A stretch of 38,368 bases of DNA from Lachnospiraceae bacterium. Its GTDB lineage: Bacteria; Bacillota; Clostridia; Lachnospirales; Anaerotignaceae. The translations under genes and the position numbers were made by a program. The number at the start of each line of letters is the position of its first letter. The stretch's first letter is position 1. Shown here one piece after another: positions 11,301 to 19,666 of the stretch. Location: the NCBI GenBank assembly GCA_028695945.1, contig JAQVIB010000001.1, positions 1 through 38,368 of the forward strand, in the 5' to 3' direction. The notes under the pieces were generated by a model, which was not told where the DNA came from, did no database searches, and was given only the letters and a program-made list of their open reading frames with translations.

Positions 11301-11883
11301 TCGGGAATTTTAATGTACCGAAATTGTATAGAAAGTCGATTTTCTGTATTAAAGGTACGTCCTTGTTTCTGGCATCATCCCCAACAATAAGTGTTACCTC
11401 ACTATTAACAGACACTTTCATTAAACCTAAATCCATCGCTGAAGCGGTTTCACTTGATACTGAAAGAGTTCCTCCATTGTTTATATATTTGGCAATATAC
11501 AGACACTTATAATTGCCATCATCACACTTAATGGTGCTTTCCTTGGCTTTAAGTACACTTTGCCCCTCCAACATAAGGTGAACATCTGCATCGTTTTTCA
11601 AGGTTAGTGCAAAGGCACTGCTAGTGGTTATGTCTATGGTAGCGTTATTTAAGGTTAATGCACCATTACCATTCCACAATATGTAGCCATCACCTGCCTT
11701 GTAATAGGTGTTTTCACTAGGTGCTGTGTTAAGGTCTAGCCCTGTTGTGGTTACCTCACCACCAATAGTGTAATTATTACCTTGAATGTTTATGGTGTTT
11801 GCCGCCAGTGCTGTTTGTGGCAACATGCTAAGTAACATACAAACTGTTAGGATAATGCTTAAAAATCTTTTTCTCATTTTCAA
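8325..11883 (-). pseudogene. Large SLH-anchored cell-surface protein, split by a +1/-1 frameshift into ORFs 10738-11883 and 8325-10919
   Basis: The upstream ORF has a signal peptide (MKMRKRFLSIILTVCMLLSMLPQTALA) and repeated modules (TTTGLDL...TYYKAGDGYILW). The first ~50 aa of the downstream ORF read as out-of-frame noise. It then continues the same Gly/Asn/Thr-rich beta-rich repeats, an InlB-B-repeat-like module (GYEVKDVLVDGVSVG), a KEE linker and three C-terminal SLH domains (FSDVKDGDWFKKAVEYV..., FKDVADGEYYAEAVAWA..., WAGEPTAWAVNAGLISG...). The frames swap at the A6 (10771-10776) or A8 (10750-10757) tract. Confidence 0.8.
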
Positions 11884-12060
11884 TTTCTCCTTCTTCTTTT
11901 TTATTTAAAAACAATTGTATAACTCCTTTTTATTTATAGCTTTCATTTATTAACATATGTCCATATTCTAATTTCCTATATTTTACATCACGTATTCAAA
12001 AAACTAAATGGAAAATAATCTTTCCAAAAGGTACTCATCAAATAAAATTAATTTTTCATA

Positions 12061-12117
12061 GCACGAAAAAGTCAGTATTTTCAAGGTGCAAACCTAACTT
12101 GAAAATACTGACTTTTA
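12061..12117 (-). terminator. Strong intrinsic terminator ending the thiC transcript (bidirectional shape)
   Basis: A perfect 15-bp stem, GTCAGTATTTTCAAG (12071-12085) with CTTGAAAATACTGAC (12098-12112), extendable by A/T pairs. The loop is 12 nt and the minus strand continues into TTTTTC. Confidence 0.75.
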
Positions 12118-12133
12118 CACTGGTAACAACTAA

Positions 12134-12177
12134 GGAAACGCTGATTAATTTTTTGATAACATTAAATCAGCGTTTCC
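12134..12177 (-). terminator. Second hairpin directly after the thiC stop
   Basis: GGAAACGCTGATT (12134-12146) and AATCAGCGTTTCC (12165-12177) form a perfect 13-bp inverted repeat. There is no clear U-tract on the minus strand. Confidence 0.35.
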
Positions 12178-12233
12178 CTAAAGCAATCCTAAAATTTTTA
12201 TATACAATAAACTAAGTACACTTAATATTAAAA

Positions 12234-13535
12234 TTACAAAATGTCAATGTGTTCATCATTTAAAGCTTTGTTCATACTTCTAACAGCACAAAACTTTCCG
12301 CACATAGAACAAGTGTCATCAAATTCTGGTGTTCTTTCATCACGAATAGATTTTGCATATTCTGGGTCAATGGCACATTCCCATTGTCCTTCCCAGTCTA
12401 GCTTTCTTCTTGCATCTGCCATTTTATCATCAATGTCTCTTGCATGAGGTATTTTCTTTGCAATATCTGCCGCATGTGCCGCAATTTTACTTGCTATAAT
12501 CCCTTGCTTAACATCATTAATATTTGGTAAAGCAAGATGTTCTGCTGGCGTTACATAACACAAAAACGCAGCCCCTGCCATAGCTGCAACCGCACCGCCA
12601 ATTGCCGCCGTAATATGGTCATAGCCTGGTGCAATATCTGTTACTATAGGCCCAAGAACATAAAAAGGTGCACCCATACAAATTGTTTGCTGTATTTTCA
12701 TATTTGCTTCAACTTGGTCAAGTGGAACATGCCCAGGGCCTTCAACCATAACTTGAACATCTTTTGCCCAGGCTCTTTTCGTTAATTCACCTAAGCGAAC
12801 CAACTCATCTATTTGGCAAACATCACCAGCATCGGCAACACAACCAGGTCGGCAAGCGTCACCTAAGGAGATAGTAACATCATATTCTCTGCAAATTTCA
12901 AGAATTTCATCATAGTACTCGTAAAACGGATTTTCATTACCTGTCATGCACATCCAAGCAAACACAAGTGACCCACCTCTGGAAACAATGTTCATTTTTC
13001 TTTTATGTGTCTTTATTTGCTCAATTGTTTTTCGTGTTATTCCACAGTGTAAAGTTACAAAATCGACACCATCTTTTGCATGAAGGCGAATTACTTCTAT
13101 AAAATCTTTAGCCGTTAGGGTTGCTAAATCCCTTTGGTAATGTATTACAGAATCGTATACAGGCACAGTACCTATCATGGCAGGGCATGTGGAAGTAAGC
13201 TTTCTTCTAAAACCTGTTGTATCTCCGTGGGAAGATAAGTCCATAATAGCCTCTGCACCCATATTTACAGCTTCCATAACCTTTTTTATTTCAACATCAT
13301 AATCCTTGCAATCTCTGGAAACACCCAAGTTTACATTAATTTTTGTTCTAAGCATAGAACCAATTCCGTTCGGGTCTAAAGAGCTGTGATTTTTGTTTGC
13401 ACAAATTGCAATTTTTCCTTCTGCCACATGCTTTCTAATAAACTCAGGCTCTCTAAATTCCTTTTGTGCCACAATTTTCATTTGTGGAGTTATAATTCCT
13501 TTTTTTGCCGCTTCCATTTGAGTGTTGTAATTCAT
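12234..13535 (-). CDS. thiC: Phosphomethylpyrimidine synthase (radical SAM, thiamine pyrimidine moiety)
   Basis: 433-aa short-type ThiC with the C-terminal CSMCGKFC cluster motif and conserved blocks [10 protein letters not shown] and [19 protein letters not shown]. It is preceded by a TPP riboswitch. Confidence 0.95.
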   Translation of the reverse strand: MNYNTQMEAAKKGIITPQMKIVAQKEFREPEFIRKHVAEGKIAICANKNHSSLDPNGIGSMLRTKINVNLGVSRDCKDYDVEIKKVMEAVNMGAEAIMDLSSHGDTTGFRRKLTSTCPAMIGTVPVYDSVIHYQRDLATLTAKDFIEVIRLHAKDGVDFVTLHCGITRKTIEQIKTHKRKMNIVSRGGSLVFAWMCMTGNENPFYEYYDEILEICREYDVTISLGDACRPGCVADAGDVCQIDELVRLGELTKRAWAKDVQVMVEGPGHVPLDQVEANMKIQQTICMGAPFYVLGPIVTDIAPGYDHITAAIGGAVAAMAGAAFLCYVTPAEHLALPNINDVKQGIIASKIAAHAADIAKKIPHARDIDDKMADARRKLDWEGQWECAIDPEYAKSIRDERTPEFDDTCSMCGKFCAVRSMNKALNDEHIDIL

Positions 13536-13562
13536 AATTTATCCCCTTTTTCAATAATTTTG

Positions 13563-13606
13563 TATAAAAAAAGAGCAGAAAATACCTTTATTGGGTATTC
13601 TCTGCT
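13563..13606 (-). terminator. Expression-platform terminator of the TPP riboswitch
   Basis: On the minus strand AGCAGAGAATACC pairs with GGTATTTTCTGCT (13 bp including one G-U) and is followed by CTTTTTTTATAC. It lies 28 nt upstream of the thiC ATG. Confidence 0.7.
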
Positions 13607-13627
13607 TCTATAATAGCATATTAAAAG

Positions 13628-13722
13628 TGCTTGTGCTTCCTACGTTGGCATTATCCAAATCAGGTTATGGGTCGAAGTTAAACTTCCTCTCAGCCTGTAA
13701 ACAAGCTCCCCTGCTTCTATTC
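13628..13722 (-). promoter_or_regulatory. TPP (THI-box) riboswitch aptamer
   Basis: The minus strand reads CAGGGGAGCTTGTTTACAGGCTGAGAGGAAGTTTAACTTCGACCCATAACCTGATTTGGATAATGCCAACGTAGGAAGC. It contains the conserved GGGGAGC, CTGAGA, ACCC, AACCTGAT, GGATAATGCC and CGTAGGAA elements. Confidence 0.9.
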
Positions 13723-13732
13723 AATTTATTAC

Positions 13733-13761
13733 ATATTATCACAACAAAAACATATAGTCAA
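13733..13761 (-). promoter_or_regulatory. thiC promoter (TTGACT-17-TAATAT with TGn extension)
   Basis: -35 is at 13756-13761 and -10 at 13733-13738, with an exact 17-nt spacer ending in TGA. The predicted start falls just before the riboswitch. Confidence 0.6.
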
Positions 13762-13821
13762 CAAATCATATACAGCCATCCTAATTTACTGTTTATTTAA
13801 TAACTTTCTTCCTTTGCAACT

Positions 13822-14060
13822 TATTCTTTTGTTTCCACAAAGGTTATATTAATGTGGTGTGCCTTAGTAATATCTTCAAGGGCACTACCCGTGATGTTTC
13901 TGTGGTTGCATTATTTTGGTTAATGTATACCAACGTGCAACAATATATACCCATCACCCGCCTTGTAATAGTTGCTTCAACTAATGTTTAAACCTGTTGT
14001 GGTTACATTACTGCCATCAATACAACCGGTTGGTATTTCTATCCCAGTAATGTTTTTGGC
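13822..14060 (-). pseudogene. Decayed, internally deleted remnant of a paralog of the SLH surface protein gene
   Basis: Translating the minus strand of 13822-13900 gives NITGSALEDITKAHHINITFVETKE*, compared with FEDVTKAHTITASFVETKDE in the intact gene (nt ~8930-9000). Translating 13941-14050 gives TGIEIPTGCIDGSNVTTTGLNIS*SNYYKAGDGYIL, compared with GGEVTTTGLDLNTAPSENTYYKAGDGYILW (nt ~11680-11780). It contains an in-frame stop and has no long ORF. Confidence 0.65.
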
Positions 14061-14107
14061 AACTTTAAATAAAACCAATGTAAATAACCCTTTCTCACCT
14101 TAAAAAC

Positions 14108-14136
14108 TTGACAAGAGACTTTTTTCTGCTTATTAT
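14108..14136 (+). promoter_or_regulatory. Consensus-like sigmaA promoter of the DUF4397 gene (TTGACA-17-TATTAT)
   Basis: TTGACA at 14108-14113, a 17-nt spacer, TATTAT at 14131-14136, about 90 nt upstream of the ATG at 14226. Confidence 0.6.
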
Positions 14137-14225
14137 TTTAGGTTGTATTAATAGTGATGTTAATATCACATAGAGCTTTTTTCAATCATATAGTGTACCA
14201 TATTTTAGTTTTAGAGAGGTAAACC

Positions 14226-14855
14226 ATGTATAAAAACAAAAAATTCATATATTTTCAAAGAGAAGCCGCAACAGGTTACGTACGTGTAATTCACACTGTA
14301 CCAGATGCTCCTAATGTTGACGTATATGCTAACGATGAAATAGTTGTAGATAATCTTGCCTTTGGAGACTACACCGATTATTTGCCTATACCTGAGGGTA
14401 CTTACGAAATAACTCTCTATGTTGCTGGCACTAAAGATTCACCTGTTTTAACAGATTCATTAACAGTTAGTGCAAATTCTATGCTAACTGTAGCCGCAGT
14501 TGGAAACCTTAGCGATATAGAATACCTTGCCATTTCCGATGTTGATGAAGATGAAGTGCCAGGAAAGTCTATGGTACGATTTCTACATCTTTCACCTAAT
14601 GCTCCCGCAGTAGATATTACATTACCAGATGGAAGAGTTATTTTTGGTGATACTGCATTTTTAGAGATTACTCCTTATGCTGACGTTATGCCTATGGACT
14701 ATACTTTGCAAGTTAGAGTTGCAGGAACTGACAATGTAGTTCTTACAGTACCAAATGTTCCTTTGGAGGAAGATAAATACTATACAGTTTATGCAATTGG
14801 TTTGGTTGGCGAATACCCTGAACTTCAGGCATTATTAATTGAAGATGGAGAATAG
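14226..14855 (+). CDS. DUF4397 domain protein (two tandem repeats), no obvious signal peptide
   Basis: There are two internal repeats: VRVIHTVPDAPNVDVYANDEIVVDNLAFGDYTDYLPIPEGTYEITL and VRFLHLSPNAPAVDITLPDGRVIFGDTAFLEITPYADVMPMDYTLQV. RBS AGAGAGGT is present. It is the only long plus-strand gene in the first 34 kb. Confidence 0.75.
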   Translation: MYKNKKFIYFQREAATGYVRVIHTVPDAPNVDVYANDEIVVDNLAFGDYTDYLPIPEGTYEITLYVAGTKDSPVLTDSLTVSANSMLTVAAVGNLSDIEYLAISDVDEDEVPGKSMVRFLHLSPNAPAVDITLPDGRVIFGDTAFLEITPYADVMPMDYTLQVRVAGTDNVVLTVPNVPLEEDKYYTVYAIGLVGEYPELQALLIEDGE

Positions 14856-14935
14856 TTTTAACAAAAATATGAATAGTGGTAATTAAATTTCATTTTATTT
14901 TACTTCTTTATCTAAAAATTATTTTTGTACAACAA

Positions 14936-14968
14936 AAACCCTTGTAAACATTGAATTTACAAGGGTTT
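14936..14968. terminator. Bidirectional-looking intrinsic terminator after the DUF4397 gene
   Basis: Perfect 13-bp stem AAACCCTTGTAAA (14936-14948) with TTTACAAGGGTTT (14956-14968), a 7-nt loop, and an A-run before and a T-run at the end. Confidence 0.6.
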
Positions 14969-15187
14969 TAACCATCCCATATTAAAATCCGAACCAAAGA
15001 CCTTCGGGTTATGAGTATTGCTAATGGTGTTCATGGGTGTAAAATGGGTTCATATCGTGATAAAAAAGACTTTTATTATAGACTTTTTATCCGCAAATTC
15101 ACATTACGTATTATTATTTTCAATAGGTTTCGGTTGGCTTGGGGTAGAAATGGGGTAATACAATGGTACACATATAAATTTGTAAAC

Positions 15188-16138
15188 CTACGTTTTCCTT
15201 TGCAAAAATCCATTTTTATCAGAAATAAACATCGCAACCATACCTACCATAACTCCAAGCCATAACGTGGAAAACCTTGAAAACAATGTAATGCTTACAC
15301 TTAATGTATTTGAAAATCCGCACAACTTCAACAAACCAAGTATACTTCCATCAGTTACCCCAATTCCTCCAGGGAGCATAGATGCCCCTCCTACTAATGC
15401 AGAAAATCCAATTATAAAAAAAGCATTAAATATACTTAGATATTCTCCAAAGGCTCTTGCCGTAATAAATATTACCAAAGCTTCACAGCCCCAAGCAAAA
15501 ACACCCGTTACTATTCCTACTATAAGACTTTTAGTTTCAAATAAAACATACGAACTTTCATAAAAATTTTTAAATTTACAAATATGCTTTTTTAAGAACT
15601 TTATTTTGGAAGCTTTTTCTATTAAAAAATAACATGCCTTCTTATTGTGTACTATCATAACTAATAATAATAATATTAATAATACTGTAGCAATAGATAA
15701 AACTCCTTTTTTAAAAGAAAAAAGACCAATCACAGATAATATCAGCATCCCAAAAGCATCTGAAACTCGTTCGGCTACTAAAAGCGGTAATGACCTACTC
15801 ATAGGTATGTTATATTTAACCTTAATCATATAAGGTCGTACAATTTCACCCACCTTTGCCGGAGTTATCGACATACATAAGCCTGATAAAAAAATTATAA
15901 TCTTATCCCTCATCGACATGTTAAATTCCATAAAATTAAAGTAATAATTATACTTCAAAAATCTTATAAAAAAATTGAAAGGCATTATACATAAAATAAC
16001 ACCAAGATATTTAAAATCAAAATGTTTTAAAGCTATTACTATCTGTTTTACATCTCCATATAACAATATAACAACTATAATTGCAAATCCGGCAAGGAGA
16101 GAGAAAATCAAATTTTTTTTAATGTTTTCAAACTGCAC
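15188..16138 (-). CDS. Polytopic membrane protein, LPG-synthase-TM / flippase-like family (UPF0104-like); last gene of the glycan operon
   Basis: 316 aa with about 8 hydrophobic helices. The N-terminus has the KKNLIFSLLAGFAIIVVILLYGD...FDFKYL pattern typical of this family. GTG start. Confidence 0.55.
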   Translation of the reverse strand: MQFENIKKNLIFSLLAGFAIIVVILLYGDVKQIVIALKHFDFKYLGVILCIMPFNFFIRFLKYNYYFNFMEFNMSMRDKIIIFLSGLCMSITPAKVGEIVRPYMIKVKYNIPMSRSLPLLVAERVSDAFGMLILSVIGLFSFKKGVLSIATVLLILLLLVMIVHNKKACYFLIEKASKIKFLKKHICKFKNFYESSYVLFETKSLIVGIVTGVFAWGCEALVIFITARAFGEYLSIFNAFFIIGFSALVGGASMLPGGIGVTDGSILGLLKLCGFSNTLSVSITLFSRFSTLWLGVMVGMVAMFISDKNGFLQRKT

Positions 16139-16151
16139 ATATATCCCTACT

Positions 16152-17117
16152 TTATTTATTATAATTATTAAATGCCTCCACTATCATATCCTTATCAGAA
16201 TATTGGGGCTCCCAATCAAGTTCTTCTTCTGTCTTTGATATATCAAGAATATAATCTTCATCCGCAATCATATATTGCTCTTTATACATAATTTCTAGAC
16301 CCACAATAGACATAATCTTCAATACAAACTTTACCAATGGCCCACAAGTAGGAAAAACTATTGTTTTAGAGCCTACACTTTTTGCAAGATTCATTAACAA
16401 ATCCTTTGTTGAAGGGGCATTTTTTGATCCTAAATTATATTCACTATTCGGAAGCCCCTTATCTATAGCACACATTATTGCAGAAACACAATCAAAAACA
16501 GAAATCATCTGGTAGCAATTTTTCCCACTTCCAATGGTAGGTACAGGCAAATTATGCTTTATCAACCAAAAAAGCTTTTTAAGAATTCCAAGTCTTCCCG
16601 GTCCTATAATCATTCTAGGTCTAAAAATTGTAATGTTAAATTCTTTTTTTCTATATTCTTTGCAGATATCTTCCGCTGCTTTTTTGCTTTGTCCATAAAA
16701 TCCAAATGGCTTTTGTGGATGATTTGTATCAACAGGAAGATATTGCGGCCTTCCATACGTCATATCAGTAGTAAACATACAAAAATTCTTGCAGTCACAA
16801 TTCTCCATATATTCTAATATATTTCTTGTTCCTGCCGTATTTGTATCAAAAAAATATTCTTTTCTGCCTTTTCTAGGTACCTTATTATGATATTGATTTG
16901 CCGCAAGATTAACCACAATATCATCTGACTTAAGAACTAATTTTTCAAAATCAGATTTTTTTGTCATATCAAGTGTTACATATGTTACATTATCTAATTT
17001 TTTACTATTATCGCATTTAACAATATCACACACGATAACTTCTTTTTCTAATTTAATTAATGCATCTACTAAATTTGAACCTACAAATCCGTTTCCACCA
17101 AACACTATTATCGCCAT
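16152..17117 (-). CDS. NAD(P)-dependent extended SDR epimerase/dehydratase/reductase (the track ORF extends to 17174; ATG at 17117 is preferred)
   Basis: MAIIVFGGNGFVGSNLV Rossmann motif and a YGQSK catalytic YxxxK. RBS AGGAG lies 8 nt upstream of the ATG at 17117, which removes the overlap with the upstream gene. Confidence 0.8.
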   Translation of the reverse strand: MAIIVFGGNGFVGSNLVDALIKLEKEVIVCDIVKCDNSKKLDNVTYVTLDMTKKSDFEKLVLKSDDIVVNLAANQYHNKVPRKGRKEYFFDTNTAGTRNILEYMENCDCKNFCMFTTDMTYGRPQYLPVDTNHPQKPFGFYGQSKKAAEDICKEYRKKEFNITIFRPRMIIGPGRLGILKKLFWLIKHNLPVPTIGSGKNCYQMISVFDCVSAIMCAIDKGLPNSEYNLGSKNAPSTKDLLMNLAKSVGSKTIVFPTCGPLVKFVLKIMSIVGLEIMYKEQYMIADEDYILDISKTEEELDWEPQYSDKDMIVEAFNNYNK

Positions 17118-17121
17118 TTTT

Positions 17122-17487
17122 TTAACTCCTCGATATAAGAATAACCCCAATACATATAACAAAAATGCCTGCAACTCTAATAGGTGTTATATTTTCAGCA
17201 AAAAAATAATATCCTACAACTGCTGATATAACATACCCAATACTTAGAAATGGGTATGCATAGCTTACATCAACCTTTGAAAGAACAATCATCCATATAA
17301 CTATACTAACACCGTAACACAGCATACTAATCCATAGAAACCAATTTGTTATCATGCTTGGTACAGCACTTATAAGTGAAGATAGCCCTCCCGAGATTTC
17401 TCCGACACCCATCATACCTTTTTTCATAGCTAACTGTGCAGAACAGTTAAGCAAAACACTAATAATAATTAAAATTATATTTCCCAT
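17122..17487 (-). CDS. Small 4-TM SMR/EamA-type protein, ArnE/ArnF-like candidate lipid-linked-sugar flippase
   Basis: 121 aa with four hydrophobic helices, the N-terminal LLNCSAQLAMKKG motif and YAYPFLSIGYV. RBS AGGAGA is present. Confidence 0.6.
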   Translation of the reverse strand: MGNIILIIISVLLNCSAQLAMKKGMMGVGEISGGLSSLISAVPSMITNWFLWISMLCYGVSIVIWMIVLSKVDVSYAYPFLSIGYVISAVVGYYFFAENITPIRVAGIFVICIGVILISRS

Positions 17488-17497
17488 TTAATTTCTC

Positions 17498-18061
17498 CTA
17501 TTGTCTTTCCCACACGCTAATATTGTTTTTTCTTATAACAAACGCCTTATCCGCTATTACAGCCAAGGGCATATCCGACTTAGAATCAGAATAAAATTCC
17601 TCTATTTCGTTTTTTTCAAATAGCATCCTGAATCTACTAACCTTTTCATCTCCATGGCAATTTTCACTATAAAAGTGACCATTTTTTTTATCAACGTCTG
17701 TTGCTATAAGAATTTTTATTTTATTCTTTTCACACATTGGTTTAAGCAAAAATATTGGTGATGCGGATATGACCACATCATTATCTTTTTTTTGTTTTAT
17801 ATACCAGTCCTTAAGCTTCCACTTTTTAAATTCCCAAAAAGCTATTACTTCATTATCTATATCTTTTATTCCATTTAAAAAGTAAAAAAAATGTTCTTTC
17901 ATTCTTCTTTTATTAATAATTTTTAATTTATACATAACAATTCCCATTACTTGAATAGGTAAGAATCTAATTAATAAAAAATTTTTCTCTAAAGAGAATA
18001 AGTAAAAATCTACTGTGCTATCCCCATCATATATTGTATTATCAAAATCATAAACATTCAT
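17498..18061 (-). CDS. HAD-IB superfamily phosphatase (the track start is GTG at 18073; ATG at 18061 with RBS GAGGA is preferred)
   Basis: The N-terminal MNVYDFDNTIYDGDST carries the DxDxT nucleophile motif. The C-terminal YSDSKSDMPL carries motif IV-like acidic residues. Confidence 0.7.
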   Translation of the reverse strand: MNVYDFDNTIYDGDSTVDFYLFSLEKNFLLIRFLPIQVMGIVMYKLKIINKRRMKEHFFYFLNGIKDIDNEVIAFWEFKKWKLKDWYIKQKKDNDVVISASPIFLLKPMCEKNKIKILIATDVDKKNGHFYSENCHGDEKVSRFRMLFEKNEIEEFYSDSKSDMPLAVIADKAFVIRKNNISVWERQ

Positions 18062-18073
18062 AGTCATCCTCAC

Positions 18074-18961
18074 TTAAAATACATTGAATAATGTAGGAAA
18101 ATATATAATTCCAATCAACATTATAATATATATACCCGCCATTACTACAAGCATTTTGTCCCCTAATATTACCTCAACAGGGTCACCAAAAGTACCTTTT
18201 TCTATATTTAAGCTATACTTCATAGATAAAAATATTATTAATGGTACTGTTAATACAAGCTTATCCGTATGATATTTAATTATTATATCAGAATCAACAG
18301 CCCATAATGAATAAAATACAATTGCTAATGACATTGACATATACATGTTTTTATCCAGAAAACTATGATTATAATGTTTCAGCACATTCCTTGTGCTAGT
18401 ATTTTCTCCCAACCTTACTATTTCATTGCGCCTCTTTCCAAAACCCATATAAAATGAAACACTCATTACAGTAAGATATACCCATTGTGACACGCCTGAA
18501 TTTATAATTGTTGCACCATATAAAACACGTAACAAAAAGCCAGATACAAGAATTGCGATGTCTATTATTGGATAATTCTTCAACCCACAACTGTAAAATA
18601 CATTTATAACTAAATATATTAATAGTAAACTAAGGCTTTTAAAACTCCTATTTGCAAATATATCTATACCAACCGCAACAATGAAAATAATTATTGAAAT
18701 ATAGATAGCTTTTTTTATACTCACTCGACCAGAAGCTAAAGGCCTATCTTTTTTCTTCTCATGCTGCCTATCTGCATCTATATCTCTGATATCATTAATT
18801 ATGTACACTACTGAAGATATAAGCGAAAATGATACAAATCCCAATAATACTCGTATAAATAAATTTACATTAAACAAATTCATTGTAAAAAACAAAGAAA
18901 CACAAACCAACCCATTTTTTATATAATGTTTTGGTCTTAAAAGTTTAATAATATCTTTCAT
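18074..18961 (-). CDS. UbiA-superfamily polyprenyl-phosphate phosphoribosyltransferase-like protein (DPPR synthase-like)
   Basis: 295 aa with about 9 TM helices. Asp-rich motif YIINDIRDIDADRQHEKKKDRPLASGRVS and second motif GFGKRRNEI, which matches my recollection of the Rv3806c-type family. It lies within a glycan locus. Confidence 0.7.
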   Translation of the reverse strand: MKDIIKLLRPKHYIKNGLVCVSLFFTMNLFNVNLFIRVLLGFVSFSLISSVVYIINDIRDIDADRQHEKKKDRPLASGRVSIKKAIYISIIIFIVAVGIDIFANRSFKSLSLLLIYLVINVFYSCGLKNYPIIDIAILVSGFLLRVLYGATIINSGVSQWVYLTVMSVSFYMGFGKRRNEIVRLGENTSTRNVLKHYNHSFLDKNMYMSMSLAIVFYSLWAVDSDIIIKYHTDKLVLTVPLIIFLSMKYSLNIEKGTFGDPVEVILGDKMLVVMAGIYIIMLIGIIYFPTLFNVF

Positions 18962-18995
18962 CTTTTCTCCTACATTCTATAAAATATACATTATG

Positions 18996-19589
18996 TTATT
19001 CTTCTGGTGGATATAAAAATCTGTTGTCAATAGGAAATACCTTCGCAACAAGTCGGAACGAATCAACAAGAAAACAACCCTTTTCAGTAATCTGATACTT
19101 GTCACCATCCTGCCTTATAGAACCGGTAATAAGTTGCTCATCAAAACGTCTTTGCATTGCTTCATAATCATCCATATATACATCAAGAAAATTCTGTGTT
19201 ATTTCTTCCTCAGTAAAAGCCGTATCCGGATTTTGTGCCATATGCGATAATATATACACAGATATTGAACGGTCAATCGCAACTGTTACTAATGATAAAA
19301 ACGCCATATTTAAGCAAAGAGCAACACACATCGCCAATGCAATATCTCTAACCGTAATTTTGATGAAATTGTTGTATTTAGCAAACAATACAACTAAAAC
19401 AAACATAACTATTCCCACAACTATTAAAAGCTTTGTTGCCCTATAAAAATAAACATTTAAACTCGCAAACAACGGTGTTCTAAAAGAAAGAGCATATAAT
19501 GCTGTACATATTATAAATACAACAAGATAAAATACGCAATACTTTAATCCTTCTTTAACTAAGTTTATGATACTTTTTTTATTTCCCAT
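18996..19589 (-). CDS. Hypothetical membrane protein with 4 TM helices and a soluble C-terminal domain (track start 19628; ATG at 19589 with AAGGAG RBS is preferred)
   Basis: The hydrophobic N-terminal half is followed by AQNPDTAFTEEEITQNFLDVYMDDYEAMQRRFDEQLITGSIRQDGDKYQITEKG. I do not recognise a family. Confidence 0.5.
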   Translation of the reverse strand: MGNKKSIINLVKEGLKYCVFYLVVFIICTALYALSFRTPLFASLNVYFYRATKLLIVVGIVMFVLVVLFAKYNNFIKITVRDIALAMCVALCLNMAFLSLVTVAIDRSISVYILSHMAQNPDTAFTEEEITQNFLDVYMDDYEAMQRRFDEQLITGSIRQDGDKYQITEKGCFLVDSFRLVAKVFPIDNRFLYPPEE

Positions 19590-19666
19590 AAGTTTCTCCT
19601 TATACATTAAAAATTTTTTATTAATCATAACTTACATTACTTTTTTCTTTTACCCTACAATTAATT

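Noticed and set aside
8438-11512. ORFs 8438-8629(-), 8761-9156(+), 9811-10032(+), 10513-10824(+) and 11288-11512(+) within the SLH protein gene
   Set aside because: They are alternative-frame or antisense ORFs in a long repetitive gene. Their Ser/Phe/Pro-rich translations look like noise.
13386-13800. Plus-strand ORFs 13386-13613 and 13591-13800
   Set aside because: They overlap the thiC 5-prime end, the TPP riboswitch and its promoter on the opposite strand. The riboswitch explains the conservation-like structure.
14970-15265. ORF 15011-15265(+) and a scatter of ATGG(G)T-like motifs (for example 15023-15050 and 15149-15166) in the 330-nt spacer after the glycan operon
   Set aside because: The ORF has a junk-like basic translation, no RBS, and overlaps the 3-prime end of the flippase-like gene. 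The short motif recurs irregularly and could easily be chance. A weak hairpin at 14987-15009 may simply be the operon terminator.
19025-19034. A 10-nt match, TGTCAATAGG, to the recombinase-proximal half-site (38026-38035), as a possible partner res site that would bracket about 19 kb
   Set aside because: It is a single short match inside a coding region, with no second half-site or palindrome around it. Chance occurrence in AT-rich DNA is plausible, and nothing else supports excision of this segment.
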